From: Escherichia coli
Lineage (GTDB): Bacteria; Pseudomonadota; Gammaproteobacteria; Enterobacterales; Enterobacteriaceae
DNA length: 64,000 bases
Direction: 5' to 3' (one strand)
Assembly (NCBI RefSeq): GCF_024223415.1
Contig: NZ_CP100500.1
In this document: positions 28,565-39,369 of the stretch, piece after piece
Numbering within the stretch: the stretch's first letter is position 1
How the letters are laid out: every line of letters begins with the position of its first letter
The notes under the pieces: model-generated
What the model saw: the letters and a program-made list of their open reading frames with translations, nothing else
Databases searched by the model: none
Told to the model about the DNA's origin: nothing
Translations under genes and position numbers: made by a program

Positions 28565-29086
28565 TTAAGGAATCCAAGGCGAATTCAGATCTCGCCCCAA
28601 CTCACGTAATGATCTTGGTCGTTCGTACATCGGATTTTTTTCCATAAGAAATTTATTTTCACAGTGAAGGCAACGGCTTGTAAGAAAATGAGAAGTTTTA
28701 CCTACTGGAAGCGGATGAAGTATCGATTTTATATTTTTGGAATAACAAAGTGGGCACAGATGCACAGTTATTTCTTTTCCACTCACAATTTCATTTTTAG
28801 AGTAAACAAAAGCACCAGAGTCAAGCTGATCAAGGACATATCCTTCTACCTTGGCACAAAAATCTTCAAACTCTGCAATTTTTGCTTTGAGATGCATCAC
28901 CTCTTCATCACGAAGGCGGATCGCATCGCCAAGAGAGAAGCATTCTGCCTGAAGCGTGATTAGTTTGTTCTGGAGTTCAATGGTTGCAGCTTTAACTTCT
29001 GCATCCGTTTTCGCGTCATTAATAACCTTAGCAAGACCGGCAGTCTCCTTTATAGCGGCCATAGCCGCAGACAGTTCAGCTATCAC
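28565..29086 (-). CDS. Hypothetical coiled-coil / zinc-ribbon protein (antisense cargo gene in immunity region)
   Basis: 173 aa; Ala/Lys/Glu-rich helical N-terminus; C-terminal CPLCYS...CLHCENKF two-CxxC motif; AT-rich; own terminator. Confidence 0.55.
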   Translation of the reverse strand: MIAELSAAMAAIKETAGLAKVINDAKTDAEVKAATIELQNKLITLQAECFSLGDAIRLRDEEVMHLKAKIAEFEDFCAKVEGYVLDQLDSGAFVYSKNEIVSGKEITVHLCPLCYSKNIKSILHPLPVGKTSHFLTSRCLHCENKFLMEKNPMYERPRSLRELGRDLNSPWIP

Positions 29087-29089
29087 GTT

Positions 29090-29555
29090 GAATACTCAGC
29101 TAGTTGTTGGGGATATCCAGATTAACCAAATCCTTGTTGTTGGGGAATAACTAGGTCCACCTCGCCTGATGTGGCTAAAAGCAGGCACATAACAGCTAAG
29201 TATTTTCAACCAGAGAGAATCCTTAGCGTTGTGGTGAATGCGGCTCAGCGCACGCGGGTTAAGGTTGAGGCTGACAGTCGACCTTCTGTGGATACCCACC
29301 CGCCTGGTGTGCAACCTTCGCCAGGCACCGGGAGGCACCCGGCACCACAACTTTATGCTGTGTGTAGTCCTGGCGGTACCAGCTTGTACCCTTGCTTCCG
29401 GCTGGTACCGTCCTTTTTACAAAACAGAGAAGAGCATCACCGGACGACGGGCTCATAACCCAATCCATCCGGGCGGCAGTCACCGCAGGTGTTCTTCTCT
29501 GTTTTGTGGAGAAACTAACCGACCTTGCAGGGTCGATATGATGAGGAGCAGCAAA
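29090..29555 (+). other. GC-rich structured leader with multiple long inverted repeats (candidate antitermination/ncRNA element)
   Basis: Inverted repeats CGGTACCAGC/GCTGGTACCG (10 bp), CAAAACAGAGAAGA/TCTTCTCTGTTTTG (about 14 bp), CACCGGG/CCCGGCACC, and duplicated TTGTTGTTGGGGA; no convincing ORF. Confidence 0.3.
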
Positions 29556-29918
29556 ATGGCTAGCGAACGCAGTACTGATGTGCAGGCATTTATCGGGGAG
29601 CTGGACGGCGGCGTATTTGAAACCAAAATCGGCGCAGTTCTCAGTGAAGTCGCTTCCGGTGTGATGAACACGAAAACCAAAGGTAAGGTCTCGCTCAACC
29701 TAGAAATCGAACCGTTTGATGAGAACCGAGTGAAAATCAAACACAAACTCTCATATGTTCGCCCGACTAACCGCGGGAAAATTTCCGAAGAAGACACCAC
29801 CGAAACGCCGATGTATGTCAATCGCGGTGGTCGCCTGACTATTCTGCAGGAAGACCAGGGACAATTACTGACTCTTGCCGGTGAGCCTGACGGAAAACTC
29901 CGCGCAGCAGGTCGTTAA
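29556..29918 (+). CDS. YfdP-like early-left protein
   Basis: 120 aa from MASERSTDVQAF... with AGGAG RBS 7 nt upstream; directly precedes YfdQ/YfdR-like genes. Confidence 0.5.
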   Translation: MASERSTDVQAFIGELDGGVFETKIGAVLSEVASGVMNTKTKGKVSLNLEIEPFDENRVKIKHKLSYVRPTNRGKISEEDTTETPMYVNRGGRLTILQEDQGQLLTLAGEPDGKLRAAGR

Positions 29919-29983
29919 TATCGTTCTTAATAAACTGATTATTTATCTCATCACTGAATATCTTTATATAGTGAGGACTTATT

Positions 29984-30808
29984 ATGTCTCAGAACTTAGA
30001 CGCAACCGCAATTAATCAAATCCATGCCCTTATTTCTGCTCAGGGTGTTAATGAAATTATCAGTAAGATTGGTGCCGATGCTGTGGCATTGCCTGAGAAT
30101 TTCCGCATTCATGATCTGGAAAAACTTAATTTAAATCGCTTCCGTTTCCGTGGTGCGCTTTCCACTGCCAGCATCGATGACTTTACCCGTTATTCTAAAG
30201 ATCTTGCAGATGAAGGCACCCGCTGCTTTATCGATGCCGATAATATGCGAGCCGTCAGTGTGCTTAACCTGGGTACTATTGATGAACCAGGTCACGCAGA
30301 TAACACCGCCACTCTCAAACTGAAAAAGACAGCACCGTTCTCTGCCCTGTTGTCTGTTAACGGCGAGCGTAACTCCCAGAAGTCACTGGCAGAATGGATT
30401 GAAGACTGGGCCGACTACCTTGTGGGCTTTGATGCTAATGGTGACGCCATTCAGGCAACCAAAGCGGCTGCGGCGATCCGTAAAATCACAATTGAAGCGA
30501 ACCAGACCGCTGATTTTGAAGATAATGACTTCAGCGGCAAACGCTCCCTGATGGAGTCTGTCGAAGCGAAGACCAAAGACATTATGCCAGTGGCATTTGA
30601 ATTTAAATGCGTTCCGTTTGAAGGTCTGAAAGAACGTCCGTTTAAATTACGCCTCAGCATTATCACTGGCGATCGTCCTGTACTGGTACTACGCATTATT
30701 CAGCTGGAAGCAGTGCAGGAGGAAATGGCTAACGAATTTCGTGATCTGCTTGTTGAGAAGTTCAAAGACAGCAAAGTAGAAACCTTTATTGGTACTTTCA
30801 CCGCCTGA
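29984..30808 (+). CDS. YfdQ-like protein (DUF2303)
   Basis: 274 aa; size and order match the CPS-53 yfdQ/yfdR arrangement as recalled. Confidence 0.6.
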   Translation: MSQNLDATAINQIHALISAQGVNEIISKIGADAVALPENFRIHDLEKLNLNRFRFRGALSTASIDDFTRYSKDLADEGTRCFIDADNMRAVSVLNLGTIDEPGHADNTATLKLKKTAPFSALLSVNGERNSQKSLAEWIEDWADYLVGFDANGDAIQATKAAAAIRKITIEANQTADFEDNDFSGKRSLMESVEAKTKDIMPVAFEFKCVPFEGLKERPFKLRLSIITGDRPVLVLRIIQLEAVQEEMANEFRDLLVEKFKDSKVETFIGTFTA

Positions 30809-30936
30809 TTTCATTACTGCAAATGCCCCTGCGGGGGCATTTATGGAAACGTAATTGACTCAATATTCGCCTGATGGCGAGGTTTTTCTTTAACCAAATT
30901 TCAGCGCGGTGCAGCGCATATAACGTGGAGAACAAA

Positions 30937-31473
30937 ATGTCATTTATTAAAACTTTTTCCGGGAAGCATTTTTATTATGACAGGATAAATAAAGACAACA
31001 TCGATATTAACGATATCGCGGTTTCCCTTTCAAATATCTGTCGCTTTGCAGGACATCTTTCACACTTCTACAGCGTCGCCCAACATGCGGTGCTTTGCAG
31101 CCAGCTGGTACCGCAGGAATTTGCTTTTGAAGCGTTAATGCATGATGCAACAGAAGCTTATTGTCAGGACATCCCCGCGCCACTGAAACGCCTTCTTCCT
31201 GACTATAAACGGATGGAAGAAAAAATAGACGCCGTAATCCGTGAGAAATACGGGTTACCCCCGGTTATGAGCACGCCTGTGAAATATGCCGATCTCATCA
31301 TGCTGGCAACCGAACGCCGCGATCTCGGGCTTGATGATGGCTCTTTCTGGCCTGTACTGGAAGGCATCCCGGCAACAGAGATGTTCAACGTGATTCCACT
31401 GGCACCGGGCCATGCCTACGGGATGTTTATGGAACGTTTTAACGAGTTATCGGAGTTACGCAAATGCGCATGA
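30937..31473 (+). CDS. YfdR-like HD-domain phosphohydrolase
   Basis: From MSFIKTFSGKHFYY...; HD-type His/Asp residues (…FAGHLSHFYSVAQHAV…MHDATEAY…). Confidence 0.65.
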   Translation: MSFIKTFSGKHFYYDRINKDNIDINDIAVSLSNICRFAGHLSHFYSVAQHAVLCSQLVPQEFAFEALMHDATEAYCQDIPAPLKRLLPDYKRMEEKIDAVIREKYGLPPVMSTPVKYADLIMLATERRDLGLDDGSFWPVLEGIPATEMFNVIPLAPGHAYGMFMERFNELSELRKCA

Positions 31474-31742
31474 ATGTTTTCGAAATGGAAGGGTTTCTTC
31501 GTGGGAGATGTGTACCGCGAGATCTGAAAGTGAATGAAACAGATGCTGAATACCTAGTGCGCAAATTCGATGCGCTTGAAGCTAAATGTGCAGCACAGGA
31601 AAACAAAGCAATACCAGTGTCAACTGAACTGCCACCAGCAAATGAAAGTGTTTTGTTATTCGATGCTAACGGAGAAGGCTGGCTAATTGGCTGGTGTTCT
31701 CTCTGGTACACCTGGGGACAAAAAGAAACCGGAGAATGGTAG
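31464..31742 (+). CDS. Hypothetical early protein
   Basis: 92 aa ORF overlapping the upstream stop (coupled). Confidence 0.35.
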   Translation: MRMNVFEMEGFLRGRCVPRDLKVNETDAEYLVRKFDALEAKCAAQENKAIPVSTELPPANESVLLFDANGEGWLIGWCSLWYTWGQKETGEW

Positions 31743-31825
31743 TGGACATTTCAGGTCGGGGACCTTGAAAACGTCAATATCACTCACTGGGCAGTAATGC
31801 CAAAAGCACCGGAGGCTGGAGCATA

Positions 31826-32131
31826 ATGACCACATTTACCAATAAAGGACTGATTAAAGAAATCAAAGAACGAATCAGCAGCCTAGATGTTCGAGACGAT
31901 ATTGAGCGCCGTGCTTATGAAATCGCACTCGTATCTCTGGAAGTAGAGCCAGATGAACGCGAAGCCTATGAATTATTCATGGAAAAGCGTTTCGGTGACT
32001 TAGTAGATCGTCGGAGAGCAAAAAACGGCGATAACGAATACATGGCATGGGATATGACTCTCGGTTGGATCGTCTGGCAGCAACGAGCTGGTATCCATTT
32101 TTCAACAATGACACAGCAAGAGGTGAAATAA
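31826..32131 (+). CDS. Hypothetical early protein
   Basis: 101 aa ORF upstream of xis. Confidence 0.35.
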   Translation: MTTFTNKGLIKEIKERISSLDVRDDIERRAYEIALVSLEVEPDEREAYELFMEKRFGDLVDRRRAKNGDNEYMAWDMTLGWIVWQQRAGIHFSTMTQQEVK

Positions 32132-32502
32132 TGGAGCCATACAGCCTCACACTCGATGAGGCCTGTCAGTTTCTTAAGATATCCAGACCAACCGCCACCA
32201 ACTGGATACGAACAGGCCGCCTACAGGCAACACGTAAAGATCCAACCAAGCCAAAATCTCCTTACCTCACAACACGGCAAGCCTGCATTGCGGCGCTTCA
32301 GTCTCCGCTGCATACTGTCCAGGTGAGCGCGGGTGATGGCATAACAGAGGAAAGAAAATGTCACTCTTCCGCAGAAATGAAATATGGTATGCCTCGTATT
32401 CGCTCCCGGGCGGGAAACGAATTAAGGAATCTCTTGGCACAAAGGACAAGCGGCAAGCTCAGGAGTTGCACGACAAGCGAAAAGCAGAACTCTGGCGAGT
32501 AG
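32131..32502 (+). CDS. xis: Excisionase (AlpA/Xis-type HTH), unusually extended C-terminus
   Basis: From [35 protein letters not shown]; frame stays open to 32502, overlapping int start by about 145 nt. Confidence 0.5.
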
Positions 32503-33521
32503 AAAAGCTAGGGGATTTACCTGATGTCACTTTTGAAGAGGCCTGCCTAAGATGGCTTGAGGAAAAAGCTGATAAAAAATCTCTCGATTCAGATAAAAGC
32601 CGGATTGAGTTCTAGCTTGAACATTTTGAGGGTATAAGGCTTAAAGATATCTCGGAGGCAAAGATTTACTCTGCTGTAAGCAGAATGCATAACAGAAAGA
32701 CGAAAGAAATATGGAAACAGAAAGTTCAGGCCGCCATCAGGAAAGGTAAAGAACCGCCTGTTTATGAACCAAAGCCAGTATCAACTCAGACAAAGGCAAA
32801 GCATCTTGCCATGATAAAGGCCATTCTCCGTGCTGCAGAACGCGACTGGAAGTGGCTGGAAAAAGCGCCTGTCATCAAGATACCAGCGGTCAGAAACAAG
32901 CGAGTCAGATGGCTGGAAAAGGAGGAAGCAAAACGCCTTATTGATGAGTGCCCCGAACCACTGAAATCTGTCGTCAAGTTTGCGCTGGCAACTGGTCTGA
33001 GAAAGTCGAACATCATAAATCTGGAATGGCAACAAATCGACATGCAGCGACGAGTTGCCTGGGTGAATCCAGAAGAGAGCAAATCAAACCGCGCCATTGG
33101 TGTGGCGCTGAACGATACCGCCTGTAAAGTGTTGCGTGATCAAATAGGCAAGCATCACAAATGGGTGTTTGTACATACCAAGGCGGCTAAGCGAGCAGAT
33201 GGAACATCAACGCCTGCGGTCAGGAAGATGCGCATCGACAGCAAGACATCATGGCTATCAGCTTGTCGTCGTGCAGGAATTGAAGATTTCCGTTTCCATG
33301 ACCTCAGACACACCTGGGCAAGCTGGCTGATCCAGTCAGGCGTCCCATTATCAGTGCTTCAGGAAATGGGCGGATGGGAGTCCATAGAAATGGTTCGTAG
33401 GTATGCTCACCTTGCGCCTAATCATTTGACAGAGCATGCAAGGAAAATAGACGACATTTTTGGTGATAATGTCCCAAATATGTCCCACTCTGGAATTATG
33501 GAGGATATAAAGAAGGCGTAA
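32358..33521 (+). pseudogene. intD: Tyrosine integrase (IntD-type) interrupted by in-frame TAG at codon 86
   Basis: [19 protein letters not shown]...SRIEF then TAG at 32613-32615, then the same frame continues [11 protein letters not shown]... to the catalytic domain (…HDLRHTWAS…RYAHL…). Confidence 0.8.
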
Positions 33522-33536
33522 CTGATTGAATTGTAA

Positions 33537-33613
33537 TGGCGCGCCCTGCAGGATTCGAACCTGCGGCCCACGACTTAGAAGGTCGTTGCTCTATCCAACT
33601 GAGCTAAGGGCGC
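33537..33613 (-). tRNA. argU: tRNA-Arg (anticodon UCU)
   Basis: 77-nt cloverleaf on minus strand, anticodon loop CTTCTAAGT, T-arm GGTTCGAATCC, 3' CCA; immediately downstream of int. Confidence 0.9.
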
Positions 33614-33855
33614 GTTGATACCGCAATGCGGTGTAATCGCGTGAATTATACGGTCAACCCTTGCTGAGTCAATGGCTTTTGATCTGGTTGCTGAACAAGT
33701 GAACGACCGCGTCTGATTTTCTGATTTATTTCGCTATAGCGGCAAACAAATGCACACCGCTGCGCGTCTGAATCAAGAAAACCCGTATTTTCATGTATCA
33801 AAGTACAATTTACCGCCCTAACGGAAAATTGTCCGCTCCTATGAGACTGGTAACT

Positions 33856-34488
33856 ATGAAACCAACGTCGGTGATCATTATGGATACTCATCCTATCATC
33901 AGAATGTCTATTGAAGTTCTGTTGCAAAAAAACAGTGAATTGCAGATTGTCCTGAAAACGGATGATTACCGCATAACCATCGATTATCTCCGAACCCGTC
34001 CTGTTGATTTAATCATTATGGATATAGACTTGCCCGGAACAGACGGTTTTACCTTCCTGAAAAGGATCAAACAAATCCAGAGCACAGTGAAAGTGTTATT
34101 TTTATCATCGAAATCAGAATGCTTTTATGCTGGCAGAGCGATACAAGCTGGTGCTAACGGTTTTGTCAGTAAATGCAATGATCAGAATGATATTTTTCAT
34201 GCCGTTCAGATGATCCTCTCCGGATACACGTTTTTTCCCAGCGAAACGCTCAACTATATAAAAAGCAATAAATGTAGTACGAATAGTTCAACGATCACTG
34301 TACTATCTAATCGTGAAGTGACGATATTACGTTATCTGGTTAGCGGATTATCTAATAAAGAAATTGCCGATAAGTTATTACTTAGTAATAAAACAGTTAG
34401 TGCGCATAAATCTAATATTTATGGCAAGCTAGGTTTGCATTCAATTGTAGAGCTTATCGACTACGCCAAATTATACGAATTAATATAA
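33856..34488 (+). CDS. fimZ: Fimbrial response regulator FimZ (LuxR family)
   Basis: 210 aa from MKPTSVIIMDTHPII...; receiver domain plus C-terminal LuxR HTH. Confidence 0.9.
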   Translation: MKPTSVIIMDTHPIIRMSIEVLLQKNSELQIVLKTDDYRITIDYLRTRPVDLIIMDIDLPGTDGFTFLKRIKQIQSTVKVLFLSSKSECFYAGRAIQAGANGFVSKCNDQNDIFHAVQMILSGYTFFPSETLNYIKSNKCSTNSSTITVLSNREVTILRYLVSGLSNKEIADKLLLSNKTVSAHKSNIYGKLGLHSIVELIDYAKLYELI

Positions 34489-34490
34489 TA

Positions 34491-35006
34491 TTAATTATAA
34501 TTGATCATAAATATCGCATCCGCTTTCGCCACACCTGGCCGAACACCGCTGGCTAACGCTCGATAATTGGCAAAAAAGTTTAGTGTGACATTGCCATTTG
34601 CATCTACTTCCTCAGTCGGGCTCGCCTCCCCCAGTGCGAGCCGGGAGCGATCGCTATTACGTAATTCGATGGCGACGGTTTGTGCCATTGCGGGATCATC
34701 CAGAGCCAGCAGGTTGACATCAGATGCCGGCGTTCCCGTAAATAAAATCGCAACTGAACCCGGAGGACATCCCTCCAGCCGCAGGCTAAAAGGGACGAGT
34801 GCCGTGGTATCGCCAGCGGTCAGTAGTTGTGTCGTAGGCCATCTGCCTAAATCTACCGTCTTATCCTTATCTGCTGTGTTTACGGTACAGGAGAAATCAA
34901 CCACGTTACCGTGCAAATTGATATTAATCGTTCCTAAAGGGTCAACTGCCCATCCACTGGAACTCCACAGTAGCCCGCAGAAACAGCTAAAGAGTACTCT
35001 TCTCAT
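34491..35006 (-). CDS. sfmF: Fimbrial minor subunit SfmF
   Basis: 171 aa from MRRVLFSCFCGLL; type 1 pilin fold; downstream of sfmH. Confidence 0.85.
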   Translation of the reverse strand: MRRVLFSCFCGLLWSSSGWAVDPLGTININLHGNVVDFSCTVNTADKDKTVDLGRWPTTQLLTAGDTTALVPFSLRLEGCPPGSVAILFTGTPASDVNLLALDDPAMAQTVAIELRNSDRSRLALGEASPTEEVDANGNVTLNFFANYRALASGVRPGVAKADAIFMINYN

Positions 35007-35016
35007 TCTCCGTACC

Positions 35017-36024
35017 TCATTGATAATCGACGCGTAAATACCCCAGCGCGCTAAACGGCCCTTCGGTCGGTTTTTGACCGGTAATACTGATAGGCCAGGC
35101 GCGAAGTGTGACATTGGCTACCGCAGCTGCATCCAGACGGAAAGGAATAACGCTATTGAGATCGTTAGGCGTGATCGGCGTATCGTTCTGATCGGCGACA
35201 ATAAAACCTAAATCCTGATTGTCCGACACCATCGCCTGACCAGAAACGGCACTGGCTTCCAGACGCATTGTTAAATAAGCCTGCGCAGCAACATTCGTAC
35301 ATTTGACCGCAATGCTCTTGGTTTGCGGCATGACACCAGCAGGTCGATTACCCGGCCCTGCCGCACTAAATAACGATGCGCCGATATCACCAAAATCAAA
35401 TTCAACAATCTGCCCGGCATTTAATTCGCAGTTTTGCGGTACTTCAACCCGGCCACCAAAACTAATGGTATAAACAGGTGTAACCAACGGATCGTAAGGC
35501 GTTGATGTCACATACACGGTAAACATCACCTGTCTGGGGATCTCCACCATGTTAATAAAGGGCCGAATAACCTTTAAACGAAATATCAAACGAGAATCCA
35601 TCACCCCGAACGGAAGGTTTTGCGAAACGTTAGGATCTGTTCCCATACGAATATAATTTTGCGGGGAAAATTGAATATCCATCACACTATCAACCAGACT
35701 CATCGCACCTAATAGATAATCATTTAATTGCATATATTTATAATTATCTATAGTTTCCTGAACAATAAAGTTAGTGACATAACTACGGTATGTATAATTC
35801 ACCAGCGTGCCGGGTGGACAAATTGCTGACACACCTACCCAGCCGGATTTTTCCGGTAAAACAACAATCTGCCCTGGCTGGTTATTGGTGCTATTAAAGA
35901 CATTTGAGAGATCATAGTGCTCATCTTCTGCTACGCCAGTACTATTTGCACAAACAGTAGCCCAGGATATGTTTGCCAGACACAAACATGCCATCGCCAA
36001 TAATAATCTGCAGATTATCTTCAT
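35017..36024 (-). CDS. sfmH: Fimbrial adhesin-like protein SfmH
   Basis: 335 aa, signal peptide MKIICRLLLAMACLCLA, FimH-like two-domain size. Confidence 0.85.
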   Translation of the reverse strand: MKIICRLLLAMACLCLANISWATVCANSTGVAEDEHYDLSNVFNSTNNQPGQIVVLPEKSGWVGVSAICPPGTLVNYTYRSYVTNFIVQETIDNYKYMQLNDYLLGAMSLVDSVMDIQFSPQNYIRMGTDPNVSQNLPFGVMDSRLIFRLKVIRPFINMVEIPRQVMFTVYVTSTPYDPLVTPVYTISFGGRVEVPQNCELNAGQIVEFDFGDIGASLFSAAGPGNRPAGVMPQTKSIAVKCTNVAAQAYLTMRLEASAVSGQAMVSDNQDLGFIVADQNDTPITPNDLNSVIPFRLDAAAVANVTLRAWPISITGQKPTEGPFSALGYLRVDYQ

Positions 36025-36036
36025 TGATAATTTCCT

Positions 36037-38646
36037 TTATGAGCCAGGATGTGTGCAAACTGCCGAAATAACAGTGACGGCTTGCTGTAAGCTTTGCTTC
36101 GGCAATACATAGTGCGCAATGCAGCGTGAGTTCGCGCCGTCTCCCCACTGAACCAGTAATTCACCAGACAATGGCGCACCACTTAAATAAACTTGCCCGT
36201 CATCACCCACCATACTGGTTATTCCGGTACTGTTTTCCCGTACCAGTGATCCAAACGGCACCGGTTTTCCGCCCTGGGTAACGGTAATGAGCGCCCGCAC
36301 GCCTATGCGGGTATCAAAATTGGCACGAACCAACGCGCCTTGCGTCGGCACAACGCTGCTAATATTTTTTTCAACATCGATGGAATTCCCCATCGTATTG
36401 GTATCAAGCGCGATACGGTTATACCGATAAACCGTGGCATACGGCATCACCGCATAGCCGCGCCAGTCGGTTAAAATGCCAGTTTGATTTTCAATGCGTA
36501 CACCGCCTGCGCCAGGCGCTTTAATCAAAACATTGGTATCCCCTAAAGGCTGGCTCAGCGTTATGCCATTTTCATGCCCGACCACACCGCCAGACAGCTG
36601 CCAGTTAACGTCATGTTGATCGCGGTCGTAGTTATACCCGATCCCCAGCGTACCGTAAGCGGCCTGCCAGTTTGCCGTGGCGCTGCCCGTGTACCCATTA
36701 TTCGAAGTATCGCCCTGGCTTACGTGATAACTCAGGTTGTGGCCTTCCAGTAAGGTCCCACCAACGCCTGCCAGCCAGCTATTTTGCCCGTTGCTATTAC
36801 GGTTAGCGTTAAAGGAGGCATAAGCGCGGTCGAGCGCATTTTCCCGGGTGTAGCGACGTTTGGTCAAAACATTGAAAGGCACTGAAACATTAAGTCCGAC
36901 AATACGTTCATTATCGGGGATCCCTACAGATTCATTCCACGAAAATGAGAGCGAATAACTGATGCCAACCCAGCTGCTGGTATACCCCACCTGATACCAC
37001 GTATCTGAATCCGAAGTATTCCAGTATTTTTGATGGGTACCAGAAATATAAAGCGAGCCAAAGTCATTAAGTGATTGTGAAATATTTAACTGCAAACGGT
37101 CTTTACGGCTAAAGCGTAAATTGTGGTAATTCACGATTATCGGTTCATCGCGATGCTCACCGTCGTAATCGTAATCATATTCGTACCCCTCCATTCGACG
37201 ATACGCAACATCATCAAGGGTATAAAAACCTTGTGTCGAATAGCGGTAACCCATTAACTGAAAATTGGTGCCGAAGGTGTTCATCGATTTCGCATAGAGG
37301 AAGCGAATAGAATCCCCCTCATGACGACTATCGTCGGCTAACTGACTGCGCGCATGGGTCACATCCAGAGATACTGCCCCCCAGTTTCCGAGATTGCGCC
37401 CCAGCCCTAATAAAAAGGCGGTGTAATTGGCAGATAATTGTGTCCCGCCGTAGGCAGTAAATTCCTGTGGTAAACCACCGAGTGCCGTGCCCTGAAAAAA
37501 GAAAGGTGATGATTGCTGACTATTACCGCTACGAAAATCGCCCGCCGTCAGGTCAAATTTGAAACGCCCTTCGCGTTGTAAAATTGGCACTGTTGAATAC
37601 GGAATTGTGTAATTCTGCTGATTACCATCGCGCTCGTCGATGGTGACGTCCAGATCGCCATTTGAAGATGTCGGGTGCAAATCTGTAATTTCAAAAGCGC
37701 CGGGGGAAACATAGCTTTGATAGATAATAAAACCATTTTGCCGAATCGTTAGCTGGGCCGCCGTACGGGCAATCCCACGTACTGTTGGGGCAAACCCTTG
37801 CTGGCTATCAGGATACATATTATCGGAAGAATAAAGCCGTACACCACGAAATCCAACACCATCGAAAATATCACTTCCTGTATTGCCGTCTCCCATTACC
37901 AGTTCACTTTTCAGTGGAATAATGGCGCGCTGTACCCAGGTGCCAATATTATTCCACTGTTCTGAATGATATCCATTTCCGCGAAAATAGTTCCAGGAAC
38001 CATTGTTGCGTAAACGCCACGGGCCAATATTAATCCCGCTGAGCTCACTAAAAAAATAGCTATCGTTACCATTACCTCTGTTACCGGTGAAATTATAATT
38101 CAGGAGTAAAGCAGGAATACCTTCATCCCACTCTTCAGGCGGAATGTAACCGTGAGCGCTACTCAGCAACGCTATCTGTGGAATAGTGATGTTCAGGCGC
38201 ATCGCTGCAAAATCAAAGTTAATTGTGGCATCAGGTACAGCTTTCAGTAAATTAATACATTTATTATTTTGCTGCTGGGCTAACTCGGGAAATGCACTGC
38301 TATTAAGGCCAATTCGTTCAAGGAGTACCTGGTTAAAACAGGGCATTAACCCACCTGATTTATCACCTGTATTTTCTGTTGTCGATTCAAATACGATATC
38401 CTGTGAACCAATGAACTCATCATTACGCCAGAGATCCACCCGATACACACCCGCAGGTTGATGATTACCTCTCTCAAAGCGCGATAAATCAGCAACGGAT
38501 GTGCCATTCTCTAATAAAAATGCCGGGTTGAAATAACTTTCCGCATAGCTTAAAAAGGAGGGTAAAATGGCAAGAGATGAATAACAAATTCCGGCCAGAC
38601 ACCAGGTATACCTCTGCGGAATATCCGTAGTAGTGGGTATTTTCAT
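36037..38646 (-). CDS. sfmD: Fimbrial outer-membrane usher SfmD
   Basis: 869 aa usher-family protein. Confidence 0.9.
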   Translation of the reverse strand: MKIPTTTDIPQRYTWCLAGICYSSLAILPSFLSYAESYFNPAFLLENGTSVADLSRFERGNHQPAGVYRVDLWRNDEFIGSQDIVFESTTENTGDKSGGLMPCFNQVLLERIGLNSSAFPELAQQQNNKCINLLKAVPDATINFDFAAMRLNITIPQIALLSSAHGYIPPEEWDEGIPALLLNYNFTGNRGNGNDSYFFSELSGINIGPWRLRNNGSWNYFRGNGYHSEQWNNIGTWVQRAIIPLKSELVMGDGNTGSDIFDGVGFRGVRLYSSDNMYPDSQQGFAPTVRGIARTAAQLTIRQNGFIIYQSYVSPGAFEITDLHPTSSNGDLDVTIDERDGNQQNYTIPYSTVPILQREGRFKFDLTAGDFRSGNSQQSSPFFFQGTALGGLPQEFTAYGGTQLSANYTAFLLGLGRNLGNWGAVSLDVTHARSQLADDSRHEGDSIRFLYAKSMNTFGTNFQLMGYRYSTQGFYTLDDVAYRRMEGYEYDYDYDGEHRDEPIIVNYHNLRFSRKDRLQLNISQSLNDFGSLYISGTHQKYWNTSDSDTWYQVGYTSSWVGISYSLSFSWNESVGIPDNERIVGLNVSVPFNVLTKRRYTRENALDRAYASFNANRNSNGQNSWLAGVGGTLLEGHNLSYHVSQGDTSNNGYTGSATANWQAAYGTLGIGYNYDRDQHDVNWQLSGGVVGHENGITLSQPLGDTNVLIKAPGAGGVRIENQTGILTDWRGYAVMPYATVYRYNRIALDTNTMGNSIDVEKNISSVVPTQGALVRANFDTRIGVRALITVTQGGKPVPFGSLVRENSTGITSMVGDDGQVYLSGAPLSGELLVQWGDGANSRCIAHYVLPKQSLQQAVTVISAVCTHPGS

Positions 38647-38676
38647 AATTAGCTCTGATATTGTCAGATGATTCGG

Positions 38677-39369
38677 TTAGTTTAAGTTCACTTCTCTGAC
38701 CGGGGTTACTGAACCATAATCATTAACGGTCTGAAATTTCAGCTTTCCCTGCACTCCTGAGGGTAAGGGAATTTGTGAATTAACTCTGGGTGCAGCCATA
38801 GCATTCCCCAACTTTTGGCTGCCCACTTGTAAGTTAACCAGGGTGACATAAAAAGGTGATGGATTATGAACATTGATATAGTTACCGGATCGCGAAAACT
38901 TGAGTGTGTCCGGCGCTTCTGCGGGTAATTCTTGTAGTTGAATTGGACGGAGAAATAACTTCATGCGCGATAAAATCGCCAGTTGCAAAACATTCCTGCC
39001 GTTCAATGCATTTTTATCTACCGAAGGGATCGTCTTAACATTCATCCAGAACAGAGACTCACGATCTGCCGCCAGCGGTGGACCGGTGTAAATAATACGC
39101 AAAGTATTTTCGCTTTTGGGTTCACTAACAAATAGTGGCGGTGTAATGATGAATGACTTTTCTTTTACACCGCTGCTGTTTTCAATCCACGAATTGACCA
39201 GAAAACGCTCATTGGTATGGCTATTTCTAATCCATACCGCAGTCTGTTTAGCATCAGCGGGATAAATAATACGCGTGGCACCTAATGCGATCCCTCCGGC
39301 AGCATGGGCGCTGGCCGAAATGATTAAATAAAATATAATGAGCATCAATAACTTTATTTTAGTCATCAT
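38677..39369 (-). CDS. sfmC: Fimbrial periplasmic chaperone SfmC
   Basis: 230 aa PapD-like chaperone with signal peptide. Confidence 0.9.
   Translation of the reverse strand: MMTKIKLLMLIIFYLIISASAHAAGGIALGATRIIYPADAKQTAVWIRNSHTNERFLVNSWIENSSGVKEKSFIITPPLFVSEPKSENTLRIIYTGPPLAADRESLFWMNVKTIPSVDKNALNGRNVLQLAILSRMKLFLRPIQLQELPAEAPDTLKFSRSGNYINVHNPSPFYVTLVNLQVGSQKLGNAMAAPRVNSQIPLPSGVQGKLKFQTVNDYGSVTPVREVNLN

Larger units (their letters stand above)
1..33521 (-). mobile_element. Lambdoid prophage (partial; continues beyond left window edge) integrated at argU
   Basis: Contiguous phage modules (tail, head, terminase, lysis, Q, nin, replication, immunity, xis/int) ending beside tRNA-Arg; left boundary not in window. 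Confidence 0.85.

Noticed and set aside
29238-29555. Arg-rich N-terminal extension of the YfdP-like ORF (possible N-like antiterminator)
   Set aside because: Lies in the GC-rich inverted-repeat leader, has no RBS, and the good AGGAG RBS precedes the internal Met at 29556.
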